Below, piece by piece: positions 22,264 to 32,034 of a DNA stretch of 64,000 bases. Position numbers and translations under genes: made by a program. Each line of letters begins with the position of its first letter. Position 1 is the first letter of the stretch. A model generated the notes under the pieces. The model saw nothing but the letters and a program-made list of their open reading frames with translations. It had not been told where the DNA came from and searched no databases. Source of the stretch: an uncultured Actinomycetes bacterium (GTDB lineage Bacteria; Actinomycetota; Thermoleophilia; UBA2241); contig CAWJRV010000005.1 in NCBI GenBank assembly GCA_963845355.1, forward strand, positions 80,495-144,494, written 5' to 3'.

Positions 22264-25037
22264 ATGAAGCGCGCCTGGCTCGTTGCCTGCATCGCCGCTG
22301 GCCGCGTGGCGCCTGGCGGCCGTTGGGGCCCCTCCGGCTCAGGCCCTCGTGCCCGACGGCGGGCACGGCTGGTTCTGGCAGATGCCGCAGCCCGCGACCG
22401 GTCTGAGCGACGTCACGTTCGCGCGCCGGGCAGTACTGGGCGGTCGGCGTGGGCGGAACCATCCTGCACAGCACCGACGGCGGCGCTCACCTGGGCGGCG
22501 CAGCCGACCGGCTCCGACGCCGACCTCTGGTCGGTCAGCTTCGCCGACGCCCAGCACGGCTGGGTCGGTCGGCGCACGGCGCGGGAACCGGCGACGCCTG
22601 ATCCTCGCCACCACCAACGGCGGCGCCGCCTGGACCGACGAGACGCCGGGCGGCCTGACCGATTGGCTCACCAACGCGAGCTTCGTCGACGCCGCACACG
22701 GCTGGATCGGCACCAACGACGGCAAGGTCCTCAAGACCAGCGACGGCGGCGGCACCTGGCAGACGCTGAAGCGTCGCCGCCGCCTACAAGGGCTACCTCA
22801 CGGTCGACTTCGTCGATGCCACGCACGGCTGGGCGGGCGGCACCAGCGGCCGCATCTGGACGACGGTCGACGGCGGCGCGACCTGGACGGCCCTCCCGCG
22901 CGGCTCTGACGGCCCGGACATGCGGTCGTCGTCCAGCTCGATTTCGTCGATCGCCGCGACGGTTGGGTGCTCGGCCAAGACACTATGGCGACTCCGTGGT
23001 CATGACGACCAACGACGGCGGGCGCTTCTGGCGCCCGGTACCGACTGGGGACCGTCCACGACCGGCATCTACGCCGCGAGCGCGGGCGACGTCTGGCTCG
23101 TCGGCCAGGACTGGATGGACTACGACGATTCTCAGGCTCCGACCATCTGAAGCACTCGAGTGACGGCGGGTTCACTCTGGAAGACGTCGACGATCAGCGC
23201 GCCGGCCATGCCCTACGCGATCGCGGCGGGCGGCGGTTCGGTCTGTGCCGTGGGCGACGGCATCCTCGTCTCCGGCGACGATGGGGCGACCTGGCAGTCG
23301 GGCAGCTCGGGCCAGCAGTACTGGTTCGCCGGAGCCGACGCGGTCTCGGCGACCGACGTGTGGGCGGTCGACTCCGCCGGCGCCCTGTTGCACAGCACCG
23401 ACGGCGTGCGCTTCGCCGAGCAGCCCGATCTGGTCCGGGGGGCGATCGCGCTCATGGGGGTCAGCTTCCCCAACGCCAGCGACGGCTGGGTGGTGGGAGC
23501 CAGCGACCAGTGGGGTGACGGCAGCGTGATCCTCCACACGAGCGACAGCGGCGCGACCTGGGGTCCGCAGCAGTCCAACCTGGGCGGCGAGCTCGACGGC
23601 GTCGATTTCATCGACGCGCACACCGGCTGGGCGATCAGCGACGACAACTCCGGGTGGAACGCGGGGGCCAACCTCACGATGCAGCACACGACCGACGGCG
23701 GCGTCACCTGGATCCCCAGTTCGTCGCCGGCAACACCGCGCTCAGCGCGGTCGACTTCGTCGACGCCTCGACGGGTTGGGCGGCCGGCGGTGTGTATTCG
23801 GAGGGCAATCCCGCGGCGGCGGTCTTCGCCTCGACCGACGGCGGCTTCACCTGGACCAGGGAGAAGCTGCCCAAGGGCGCTCCCGCCATCACCGGGCTGC
23901 AGTTCCTGAACAAAAGCGACGGCTGGGCCGTCGGCACGAGCTGGACGCTGGACGACGCCACCGACACCGCCACGTCGGATCAGGGCTGGGTGCTGCACAC
24001 CACCGACGGTGGCGCGACGTGGCAGCTCGTGTCCGATCTCGACGACAGCCTGGCCACCACGGTGCACTTCAGCGACTCGAGCAACGGCTGGGTCGGAGGC
24101 CTGAACGGCGTCTATGCCACCACCGACGGCGGCTCGACCTGGCAGCGTGTCGCCGCGGGCGACGGGGTCGAAGCCATCGCCGCCACCGACGCCCAGCACG
24201 TGTGGGCGTTCGGCGACGGCTTTCTCGTGTCGACGCTCGACTCGAACGGCGACTCCGCCGCTCCCGTGACCCTCGATCCACACAACGACTCCGTCTGGCG
24301 CAACAAGACGGTGACCATCGGCTTGCTGGCCAACGACGTCGGCGGCTCGGGCGTCGCCGGAACGCAGACCAGCCTCGACGGCGGACGCCTGGCAGCCCGG
24401 CGCGTCCATCGTTGTGCCGGCCTACGCGGACCACCACTTCGACGGCACGCACACGATCCTCTACCGCTCCGCCGACAACGCCGGAAACCAGGAGCAGACG
24501 GAGAGTCTGACGGTCGGCGTCGACACGCTGGGCCCTGCCTGCTCCGTCCCCCGCACGAGCGTCGTCGACGCCGGTAGCCGCGGGCCGCTGTTCTTTATGG
24601 CGACCGACGAGAACAGCGGGGTCAAAGAGGCGACGATCACGATCGTCGGGGCTCACGGTCGCGTGCTGCGCAGATTCGTCGAGCACGCGGGCGACTGGGG
24701 CGCCTCCCCGTCGCCCTCCTACTACTGGACGCGGTTCAACTGCACGCTGAAGCCCGGCACCTACCGCGTCGAGGTGCATGCCGACGACTGGGCGGGCAAC
24801 CGCCAGGTCACGGTGGGTCACGGTGTGCTGCGGGTGGTACGCCGCGGGGCTCCCGAGTTCTCGCCACCGTGGTGGCCATCCGGCTTGCCCTCCGAGTCCA
24901 TGGGTACCCGCCTGAACCACGGTCTGCGGCCGGCCTGGCTGTTGCGCCAGCCCGGCAGCCCGACCGTCGTGCACGCGGCGTCGCATCGCGGCGCCTGGAA
25001 GGCCCAGCACTGGCCGGAGGTCCGCGCGAAGCGCTAA
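22264..25037 (+). pseudogene. Ycf48/BNR-type beta-propeller secreted protein (possibly a double propeller) with the same C-terminal module, at least eight frameshifts
   Basis: Repeated blades of the form …HGW.VG..GTIL.TTDGGATW… spread over all three + frames. The C-terminal part reads …HTILYRSADNAGNQE…ATITIVGAHGRVLRRF…GTYRVEVHADDWAGN. Confidence 0.65.
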
Positions 25038-25219
25038 GGACTCGCAGGCGACATCGGCGGTCCGAGGCCGCCGATGTCGCCTGATCAGTCGACGCGAGGA
25101 TGCCTGCCGGGACGCCCACCCCCTAACGAAGTGCCCGCTTTGGCCGATGACTTGCAGGGAGATCGCACATCACCTGCGAGGTCCGCTCCTTTCGCGAGTG
25201 GCCCGGCCCGGAGACGGTC

Positions 25220-26554
25220 ATGAGATATTGCCCCAACTGCGAGCTCTCCATCGGTGAGACGGCGACGTTCTGCGCGACCTGTGGCGCGCGGGTGCCGAAT
25301 GTAGCCGCGACCCGGCAGTCACCCTCGCCGCCTGCGTCCGCCGCAGCGGTACCGGACGCGCCGCCGTCTGACTCCGTCAGCCCGGTCGCTCCACCGCCGG
25401 TGGCGGTCCTCATCTCCCCTCAGGGGGTGCTCCTGGCAGCTCCTCCCGTGGCGGCCGGCACTGCGCCGGTCGTGGCTGCGGCCGCGCCGGCAACGGCGTT
25501 TCCGGCCGCGCCGGCGACCGCGTTTCCGGCCGCGCCGGCCATGGCGTTTCCGGCCGCGTCGAGCAGGACGCCGGCGATGCCGACCGCGACGGGCGGTGCG
25601 ACCGCGATGCCGACCGCAACGGGCAGTGTGACCGCAGAGCCGCTTTTGCCACCGCCGCCGGCGCCCGCTTCCGAGGCGCCTCCAGCGCCGGCAGCCGAGC
25701 CCGCGCCGGTCGCTTGCAGGATCTGTGGACGCACGGCGTCCGCCGTCGAGAACGAGGGTGTGTGCCACGCGTGTCGGGCCGACCTGGACCTCTTTGTGGC
25801 GGCCGGCGCGTCGGAATCTGCCGGAGTGAGCCTCGCGGGCAACGTGTCGACCGGCGGTCGTCAACGCCTCACCGCAAGCAATGCGATCTACTCGGCGCTG
25901 GCCGACGACGACACGTGCCCCGAGTGCCGCGCCATGGATGGTCGCGAGACAAGCGACATCGCCGCCGCCGCAGGTTGGGCACCGAACCGGCAGTGCCGCA
26001 GCCCGCAAGGTTGCCGCTGCGCGGTCTTTTACGAGCACGAGAGCCTGGCCGCCGGCGAAGAGCCCGCCTTCATAGACTATGTCGCCGCTCATGGCCTGCA
26101 CGTCACGGCTCCCGCCGTGAGCGCCTTCCGCGGCGAGACGCACAGGCTCAGGCAGACCGCCGCTCACCTCGACGATGCCTCGCGGTCGCTCGCCGAGGCG
26201 CGCACGTTGGAGAAAGTCGACCCGCAACAGGCGGTCGCACGGTATCGTCGAGCTATCGACAGCCTCCTGGCCTGCGGCCAAGAGCCTCTCGACGAGCGCT
26301 GCGTCAGGCGCGATCTGCCCCTGGCGTTCAACCGGCTCACCCTGGTGCTCAAGGCTCTGGGCCGTCGCAGCGAGGCTCTCGACGAGATCGAGCGCGCGGT
26401 GGCAACGGGGATCCTCGAGCGCGATGACTGCGGCAGGAAGGCAGATCGGGACGCCCTCCTGAACCGCCGTCGACGGCTGCAAGAGGGCCTGACCGCGACC
26501 GACTCTGCCCCCCGCCACCGTCTGACCGCGACCGCCGCCGCCAGGCAGCGCTAG
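25220..26554 (+). CDS. Zinc-ribbon protein with Pro/Ala-rich repeat linker and a phage-Mu-F/SPP1-gp7-like Cys motif
   Basis: N-terminal double zinc ribbon YCPNCELSIGETATFCATCGARV. Tandem-repeat linker. Second ribbon CRICGRT…CHACR. Then TCPECRAMDGRETS…GWAPNRQCRSPQGCRCAVFYEHE, resembling the MuF C…C…dG…HPnCRC motif. Helical C terminus. Confidence 0.6.
   Translation: MRYCPNCELSIGETATFCATCGARVPNVAATRQSPSPPASAAAVPDAPPSDSVSPVAPPPVAVLISPQGVLLAAPPVAAGTAPVVAAAAPATAFPAAPATAFPAAPAMAFPAASSRTPAMPTATGGATAMPTATGSVTAEPLLPPPPAPASEAPPAPAAEPAPVACRICGRTASAVENEGVCHACRADLDLFVAAGASESAGVSLAGNVSTGGRQRLTASNAIYSALADDDTCPECRAMDGRETSDIAAAAGWAPNRQCRSPQGCRCAVFYEHESLAAGEEPAFIDYVAAHGLHVTAPAVSAFRGETHRLRQTAAHLDDASRSLAEARTLEKVDPQQAVARYRRAIDSLLACGQEPLDERCVRRDLPLAFNRLTLVLKALGRRSEALDEIERAVATGILERDDCGRKADRDALLNRRRRLQEGLTATDSAPRHRLTATAAARQR
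25484..25555. repeat. 3 x 24-bp in-frame tandem repeat encoding (APATAFPA)x3; adjacent 2 x 30-bp repeat at 25575..25634
   Basis: Units gcgccggcaacggcgtttccggcc / gcgccggcgaccgcgtttccggcc / gcgccggccatggcgtttccggcc. Confidence 0.8.
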
Positions 26555-26609
26555 GGCCCATCGCTCTGCAGACTCGCCGGGAACGCGCTATCATAGGCAG
26601 GATGCTCCC

Positions 26610-27641
26610 GTGGCGATGAAACAAGGCGACACCCGATTCGCGCCCATGCCCGGGGAGTCGATTGCCCAGGACGGCACGACCGCACCCCTGCAGCTCGTCG
26701 CCACCGCGGTCGGCGCCCCCGTGTTCATCGTGCCGTTCCTCGATCGTTTCTACGAGCCCGCCGAAACGGCGCTGGTCGCCGCCCTGGCCGAGCGACCGCT
26801 GGGCGTCACGGCCCTTTGGCGCCTGCTTGCTCCCAAAGCGCCACGCCGCGAGATGCGCGCCTTTCTGGAGCGCGCCAACAGGCGCGGCGTGGTCGAGCAC
26901 GCGACGCGCGACCGCTACGGCCTGGTCTCGTTCCACGACCGCTTCGTCGTGTGGATCTTTTTCGAAGGCTGGCTCGACCTGCCCGTCGAGGTTCGCGAGG
27001 AGCTCCGCGAATGGGAGCTAGCGGCCTACGTCGAGACGGCTCGGCCTTACGTCGAGGCGGCTCAGGCCGGCCGGCCCATCGACCCTATCGAAAACCAGAC
27101 CTACCTGCTGTTCGACGAGGTCGAAGCCATACTGCGCGCTCAGGAGCACATCTACCTCTACCCCTGTGACTGTCGCGCGATCATGGGCCGCTGCCACAAG
27201 CCGACCCTGAACTGCCTGCGCTTCGAGGGCCCCCACGGCCACTATCACGATCTCGGCTGGGAGATCTCGACCGAACGCGCGATCGAGGTCGCGCGCGAGG
27301 CCAATCGGGCGGGCCTCATGCAGACCGGCGGCATGCCCGGCGCGCCCATGCGGGGTATCTGCACCTGTTGTCCCGACTGCTGCTTTCCGCATCTCGCGGG
27401 GGAGCGTCTCGACGCCGGCAAGCTGTGGCCGCTCACGCGCTTCGTGGCGCGTATCGAGACTGCCTCGTGTGACGGCTGCAACCGCTGCGTGGTGCGCTGC
27501 CCGTTCGACGCCATCATCCGCTCGGCGGGACCAACGAAAGGGGAGCTCGTCGTGCCGGCCGTCGATGCCACGTTGTGTCGCGGTTGCGGCCTGTGCGCGA
27601 CGGGCTGTCACAGCGCGGCGATCGTCATGGACCCCGTGTGA
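26610..27641 (+). CDS. Multi-cluster Fe-S protein with C-terminal 2x[4Fe-4S] ferredoxin domain
   Basis: Cys clusters YPCDCRAIMGRCHKPTLNC and CTCCPDCC. Two canonical ferredoxin motifs: CDGCNRCVVRCP and CRGCGLCATGCH. Confidence 0.7.
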   Translation: MAMKQGDTRFAPMPGESIAQDGTTAPLQLVATAVGAPVFIVPFLDRFYEPAETALVAALAERPLGVTALWRLLAPKAPRREMRAFLERANRRGVVEHATRDRYGLVSFHDRFVVWIFFEGWLDLPVEVREELREWELAAYVETARPYVEAAQAGRPIDPIENQTYLLFDEVEAILRAQEHIYLYPCDCRAIMGRCHKPTLNCLRFEGPHGHYHDLGWEISTERAIEVAREANRAGLMQTGGMPGAPMRGICTCCPDCCFPHLAGERLDAGKLWPLTRFVARIETASCDGCNRCVVRCPFDAIIRSAGPTKGELVVPAVDATLCRGCGLCATGCHSAAIVMDPV

Positions 27642-27666
27642 GACGCCCAGGAACGTCCGGGGCGAT

Positions 27667-29010
27667 CTAGGAGACCGTCACCAGCGTGCCGATGGGGTCG
27701 TACCGGAACACCACGGCGGCTGCCGAGTAGGGCAGCTCGACGCAGCCCAGGCTCTGCGGCCAGCCGTAGGAACCGCGCAGGAAGCCGTGCACCGCGTCGC
27801 CACCGTTGAAGTAGGCCACATAGGGCACGCCGGGGTCGCTGTAGTGGCTGCCGTCGGGGTTGGTGCCGCTCATCGTGGTCGACAGGTAGCGAGCGTAGAC
27901 CGGGAAGCTGCCGAGCGCTGTGGGGCGCGCGGCGATGCCGGTGTTGGCGGCGCTGCTGTAGATGATGCGGCCGTCGCGCCAGACATGGAGCGCTTCGGGC
28001 AGCGCGGTCGAGACCTCGATGTAGTCGTAGACCCGCTTGGTGGCCTTGTGGCGCGAGGTCGCCTTGAGCAGCGCGGTCCAGACCTCGCGACCCACGGTCC
28101 CGTCGGTCGAGAGCTTGTGGTCGGACTCGAACTCCATGACCGCTCCCTTGATCAGCACGGTGTAGTTTCCGCGGTGCCACAATGCGCGCAGCGAGGCCGG
28201 GATGTGCTTGTACCGCCAGGAGAAGGCTCCTTTCAGCGGCGCGAGCGAGATCAGATCGAGGTTGTGGGGCTCGCGGGCGAGCGCCGACACGTACTGCTTC
28301 GTGGTGGCCGAGCCGGCGGCGGAGCCCGACGCGGGCGCGCTCACGGCCAGCCGAAAGCGCAGCGGAAGGTAGCCGAGCTCGGCAAGAAGCTGCTGCAGGC
28401 GCGCGGTCGACGAGGGACCGCCGACCGTGAAGTACAGGGTGTGACTCCTGGCCAGCGTGCCGCCGTCGGCGCCGCGCACGCCGCTGGGGCCTCCGGGAAC
28501 GCCCAGATGCACCTTGGCATAGACGGGCAGATGACCGGTGGGCACGAACAGCAGCGTCGTGCCGCCGGCGACGATCTTCCAGTGGCCCGGCATCTTCGGC
28601 ACCAGGACGGGGTCACGCGTAGTGGCGGCAAGCGCCGCCGAGAAGACGACCCTAACGCCCGCGGCCGGCGAGACGTTCACAGCTTTGCCGGCCGGCGAGA
28701 TCGACACGATCTTCAGGGGGCTCGGCGACGCAGTCGGAGTCGGCGTGCCCGTGTCGGTCGAGGTGGGTGTCGGTGTCGGCGTGCCGGTGTCGGTAGAGCT
28801 GGGCGTCGGGGTCGGCGTGCCGGTGTCGGTCGGCGTGGCCTTCTGGGCAGGCGAGCCGGCCACCGCCGGGCTTGCCGGCGGTGTCGGTGTCGAGGCCGAC
28901 GCACGCGAGGCGGTCATCGCCGGCGACACCACGAGAAAGCCCGCGGCCAGCGTTGCGACGGCGACGATCCCCACGGGCAGCAGCCCGATCCTGGCCATGA
29001 TCTTCTTCAC
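27667..29010 (-). CDS. L,D-transpeptidase (YkuD family) with Thr/Pro-rich repeat linker
   Basis: C-terminal catalytic region VHGFLRGSYGWPQSLGCVELP. N-terminal signal/TM. TDTGTPTPTP repeats. Confidence 0.75.
   Translation of the reverse strand: MKKIMARIGLLPVGIVAVATLAAGFLVVSPAMTASRASASTPTPPASPAVAGSPAQKATPTDTGTPTPTPSSTDTGTPTPTPTSTDTGTPTPTASPSPLKIVSISPAGKAVNVSPAAGVRVVFSAALAATTRDPVLVPKMPGHWKIVAGGTTLLFVPTGHLPVYAKVHLGVPGGPSGVRGADGGTLARSHTLYFTVGGPSSTARLQQLLAELGYLPLRFRLAVSAPASGSAAGSATTKQYVSALAREPHNLDLISLAPLKGAFSWRYKHIPASLRALWHRGNYTVLIKGAVMEFESDHKLSTDGTVGREVWTALLKATSRHKATKRVYDYIEVSTALPEALHVWRDGRIIYSSAANTGIAARPTALGSFPVYARYLSTTMSGTNPDGSHYSDPGVPYVAYFNGGDAVHGFLRGSYGWPQSLGCVELPYSAAAVVFRYDPIGTLVTVS
28733..28840. 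repeat. 3 x 36-bp tandem repeat inside the L,D-transpeptidase gene (encodes TDTGTPTPTPxS units on the minus strand)
   Basis: Units gtcggagtcggcgtgcccgtgtcggtcgaggtgggt / gtcggtgtcggcgtgccggtgtcggtagagctgggc / gtcggggtcggcgtgccggtgtcggtcggcgtggcc. Confidence 0.8.
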
Positions 29011-29208
29011 GAGGCTTCCTCCGGTCCGGGGCCCTGCGCGGGCCTCACAGGCGGCCGAGCGACCCTTCGCCACACACGCCTGTTCTCATTGATCCTGCAA
29101 TCGTCGTGCAATCGTACGCGCCACGCCCGAAATCGCCAACCGTCGACTCGCGGCGACCGTCAGACCATGGCGATGCCACGGCCGGGGTCGTTTCTCCGTC
29201 GGCCGTCT

Positions 29209-30657
29209 TCACGCGGCCGGGCCGGTGGCGAGCTGCACGGTCGTCGAGTGTCGCCGACCCGACTGGTCGGTCCATCCGATCGTGACGTGATCACCAGGCT
29301 TGTGAGTGCCCAGCAGGGTGCTCAGGGTCGTCGGCGAGTCGACGGTGTGGCCGTCGACCGAAGTGATCACGTCGTAGGCGACCAGGCCGGCGTGCGCGGC
29401 GGGTGTGCCGGGGACCACATCGGCAATGATCACACCCGAGGCCGTCGCTCCGTAGCTGAAGCTGCCGGGGTTCCCCATCGCGACGCCGAGAAACGCGGTG
29501 GGTCCGATGTGCACGGTGGCCGAGGCGCCACCGGCCTCGATCTGCGAGACGAGAGCCATGGCGGTGTCCACGGGGATGGCGAAGCCCTGCGTGCCGTTCG
29601 TCTGGAACGAGTAGCCGCCCGAAGCCGCCGTGTCGATCCCGATGACCTCGCCGGCGGTGTCGACGAGGGGGCCACCGGAGTCACCCGGCCGGATGTCGGC
29701 GTTGGTCTCGATGAGGCCGGTGAGGCGCTCAGAGGTGCTGTCGCCGGCGTCGCTGGCGACGATCTGCTGATCGAGGGCCACGATACTGCCGCCGGCCGCG
29801 CTGGGCGTGCCGCCGGTGCCGCCGGCGTTGCCGATCGCGACCACGCCCGCGCCGACGGCCGCCGTCGACGAATCGCCGATCCTGGCCGTCTTGAGCCCGG
29901 AAGCTCCGCTCAGCTGGATGACGGCGATGTCCTTGCTGCGGTCATAACCGACCACGGTCGCCTGGTAGGTGCGTCCGTTACCGACGTCCGTCGCGCTGAT
30001 CGAGGTCGCGCCGGTGACCACATGGTTGTTGGTGAGCACCTCGCCGTTCGAGGTGAGGACGATGCCGGTGGCGGCCGCCTGGCCGTTGTGTTCGTAACCC
30101 AGTGTGACGTTGATGTCGACGAGGGCCGGGTCGACCGACGAGGCGATCGAGGTCACGTCGGTGGGCGCGCCCGAAGCCGAGCTCGACGAGGAGTCGCTCG
30201 AACCGGAGCCGCCCGAGCTCGAGCCACCGGAACCGAACGGCGAGCCGCCCGACCCATTCTGGCTCGAGCCGGCGGTCGGCCCGCCCTGAGTGGTCGTCGA
30301 GGCGGTCGTCCGCCAGAAGCCGTTGCTGATCGCGACGCCGAGGAACGCGGCCGCCGCCACCAGCAGCGTCACCACGGCGAGGCGAGCCAGGCGTCTGCGA
30401 GGCCGCGGCGGACGGCCCTGGGGCCCGTGCGGGTAGCCGGAAGGGGGTGGGACCGGAGGATTTGGACCTGCGCCGGAGGCCCCCTGGGGGTAGTACCCGG
30501 CGTTCGGCAGGGGCGGCTGCTCCCAGCCGGTCGCGGGGGGGCTCCAGGGCGTGTTCGGCGGGCTCGCCGCGGCGTGGCCGGGCTGCTCGTTCATGGTGAT
30601 TCTCCGGTCGGGTTCGGCGCCTTGTGCGGACCGGTCCGGCGACGCTGGATCAGACAT
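29209..30657 (-). CDS. HtrA/DegP-family trypsin-like serine protease (S1C) with PDZ domain and Pro-rich cytoplasmic N terminus
   Basis: Catalytic triad context: LTNNHVV (His), DIAVIQL (Asp), GDSGGPLVD (Ser). A C-terminal PDZ domain. One TM. GGAGG RBS 5 nt from the ATG. Confidence 0.9.
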   Translation of the reverse strand: MSDPASPDRSAQGAEPDRRITMNEQPGHAAASPPNTPWSPPATGWEQPPLPNAGYYPQGASGAGPNPPVPPPSGYPHGPQGRPPRPRRRLARLAVVTLLVAAAAFLGVAISNGFWRTTASTTTQGGPTAGSSQNGSGGSPFGSGGSSSGGSGSSDSSSSSASGAPTDVTSIASSVDPALVDINVTLGYEHNGQAAATGIVLTSNGEVLTNNHVVTGATSISATDVGNGRTYQATVVGYDRSKDIAVIQLSGASGLKTARIGDSSTAAVGAGVVAIGNAGGTGGTPSAAGGSIVALDQQIVASDAGDSTSERLTGLIETNADIRPGDSGGPLVDTAGEVIGIDTAASGGYSFQTNGTQGFAIPVDTAMALVSQIEAGGASATVHIGPTAFLGVAMGNPGSFSYGATASGVIIADVVPGTPAAHAGLVAYDVITSVDGHTVDSPTTLSTLLGTHKPGDHVTIGWTDQSGRRHSTTVQLATGPAA

Positions 30658-30883
30658 GGTGCCTCCGCATGCTCACTGCTTGTTGAAGTGTTCCCCGCTG
30701 CGAGCGATCGTTGCGCGCCCTGGGCGCACTTCCCGTTGTCACGTTTGTCAGGTGAGTTGTAGCCCGCGGTGCTGAAGACAGTCTGAGGGCTGCCTTGGAG
30801 TTTCCTGAGAGTCACGGCGGAACGACGGCAGGAGAACGGCGCCATCGGTCGAACAGCTCGCCGGGACGCACTTTGGCGGGGGT

Positions 30884-31364
30884 GAAGGGGTTGATCAACC
30901 GTTCATATGAAGACGGACCATCCGCATGCGCGGTGCTGCGACTCAGCCTGCCGCTGAGACGCGCCTCAGCGCGCCGGCTGCGCGTGTCGCTCGGCGGATA
31001 CCTGGTCGCAAGCGACGTGCCTCGCGCCATCATCGATCAGGTGCTGCTGGCGGCCGACGAAGCCTTTATCAACGCCTTCATGCACGCGGGCGACGTCGAT
31101 GGCGCGGTCACCCTGCGGGCTCAGGTGCTCGGCGACCAGGTCCTGGTCGAGATCCGCGACCGCGGCCGCGGCTTCGACGTGCGGGCTCAGGATACCGTCA
31201 CGACGCCCGATCCGCTCGTGACTCACGGTCGCGGCCTGTTTCTCATCCACCAGGTGATGGACCAGGTCGAGGTCCGCTCACCCGCCGGCGGGCAGGGCAC
31301 CCTGGTGCGCATGGCAAAGAGATTTCCGGGGCGCCCTCCCCGGATCGCCGAGTCCATGGGCTGA
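30884..31364 (+). CDS. Anti-sigma regulatory factor, RsbW/SpoIIAB-like serine kinase (HATPase_c)
   Basis: DEAFINAFMHAGDVDGAVTL…VEIRDRGRGFDV…THGRGLFLIHQVMDQVEV is the GHKL ATPase pattern of RsbW-type anti-sigma factors. The start is uncertain. Confidence 0.65.
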
Positions 31365-31472
31365 CCAAAGGCCGAGCTGCGAGCGAGCGGCGTATCTGCG
31401 AAGACGTTGTACCGAGCGAGAGTCCTGCGCTCGTCCGAGCATCGACCACGTTCTGACCGAGAGGAGACCACG

Positions 31473-31934
31473 TTGGCTGCGACCCCCGCTGCGACCCCCG
31501 AAACGCGGACCGGGTACCCGGCGCTCATACGCCACGAGGAGGCGCGACTGCAGAACCTGCAGTCGCGCATCGCCGATGCGATCACGACCTTCGCAGGCTC
31601 GATGACCTTCGTCTATGTACACATCGCCTGGTTCACGTTCTGGATCGTGATCGGCGGGATCGTGATCGGGTTCGACAAATACCCGTTCGGGCTGCTCACC
31701 ATGATCGTCTCGCTCGAAGCGATCTTCCTGTCGACGTTCGTCATGATCAGTCAGAACCGGGCCGACGCCCGGCGTCAGGTGCTGACCGACGCCCAGTGGA
31801 AGACGGTCCAGACAGAAGAGCAGCAGAACGAGAAGATCATCACGCTCTCCAGTCAGATCCTCGAGCTCACGACAGCGATCCACAAGATGACCAACGAGCT
31901 CTCTGATCTCAAGGGCGGTGCGCCCACGGCCTGA
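31473..31934 (+). CDS. DUF1003-family membrane protein
   Basis: MTFVYVHIAWFTFWIVIGGIVIGFDKYPFGLLTMIVSLEAIFLSTFVMISQNRADARRQ matches the DUF1003 core. The start could instead be the ATG at 31407. Confidence 0.6.
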   Translation: MAATPAATPETRTGYPALIRHEEARLQNLQSRIADAITTFAGSMTFVYVHIAWFTFWIVIGGIVIGFDKYPFGLLTMIVSLEAIFLSTFVMISQNRADARRQVLTDAQWKTVQTEEQQNEKIITLSSQILELTTAIHKMTNELSDLKGGAPTA

Positions 31935-31957
31935 CGGTCCGGTCCACGGGCTTGCAA

Positions 31958-31999
31958 GCGACGAGGGGCCCGGCTCGTGAGAGCCGGGCCCCTCGTCGC
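31958..31999. terminator. Perfect 19-bp-stem hairpin (gcgacgaggggcccggctc-gtga-gagccgggcccctcgtcgc), bidirectional terminator between convergent genes
   Basis: Exact inverted repeat, 24 nt after the DUF1003 stop and 36 nt before the minus-strand gene stop. Confidence 0.7.
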
Positions 32000-32034
32000 T
32001 CAGGCGACGGCTTGCGCAGGGGATGTCGTGGCGG

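Noticed and set aside
22264-25037. Ycf48-like propeller implying a photosynthetic organism
   Set aside because: Ycf48/BNR-type propellers are widespread in non-phototrophs. No photosystem genes are present.
25220-26554. Prophage call based on the MuF-like motif
   Set aside because: No integrase, terminase, portal, capsid or tail genes are in the vicinity. It is a single domain in a non-phage context.
27469-30762. 1097-aa ORF on the + strand
   Set aside because: It is antisense to the clearly recognisable L,D-transpeptidase and HtrA genes, and its translation is Arg/Gly-rich with no domain. Long stop-free antisense frames are expected at ~70% GC.
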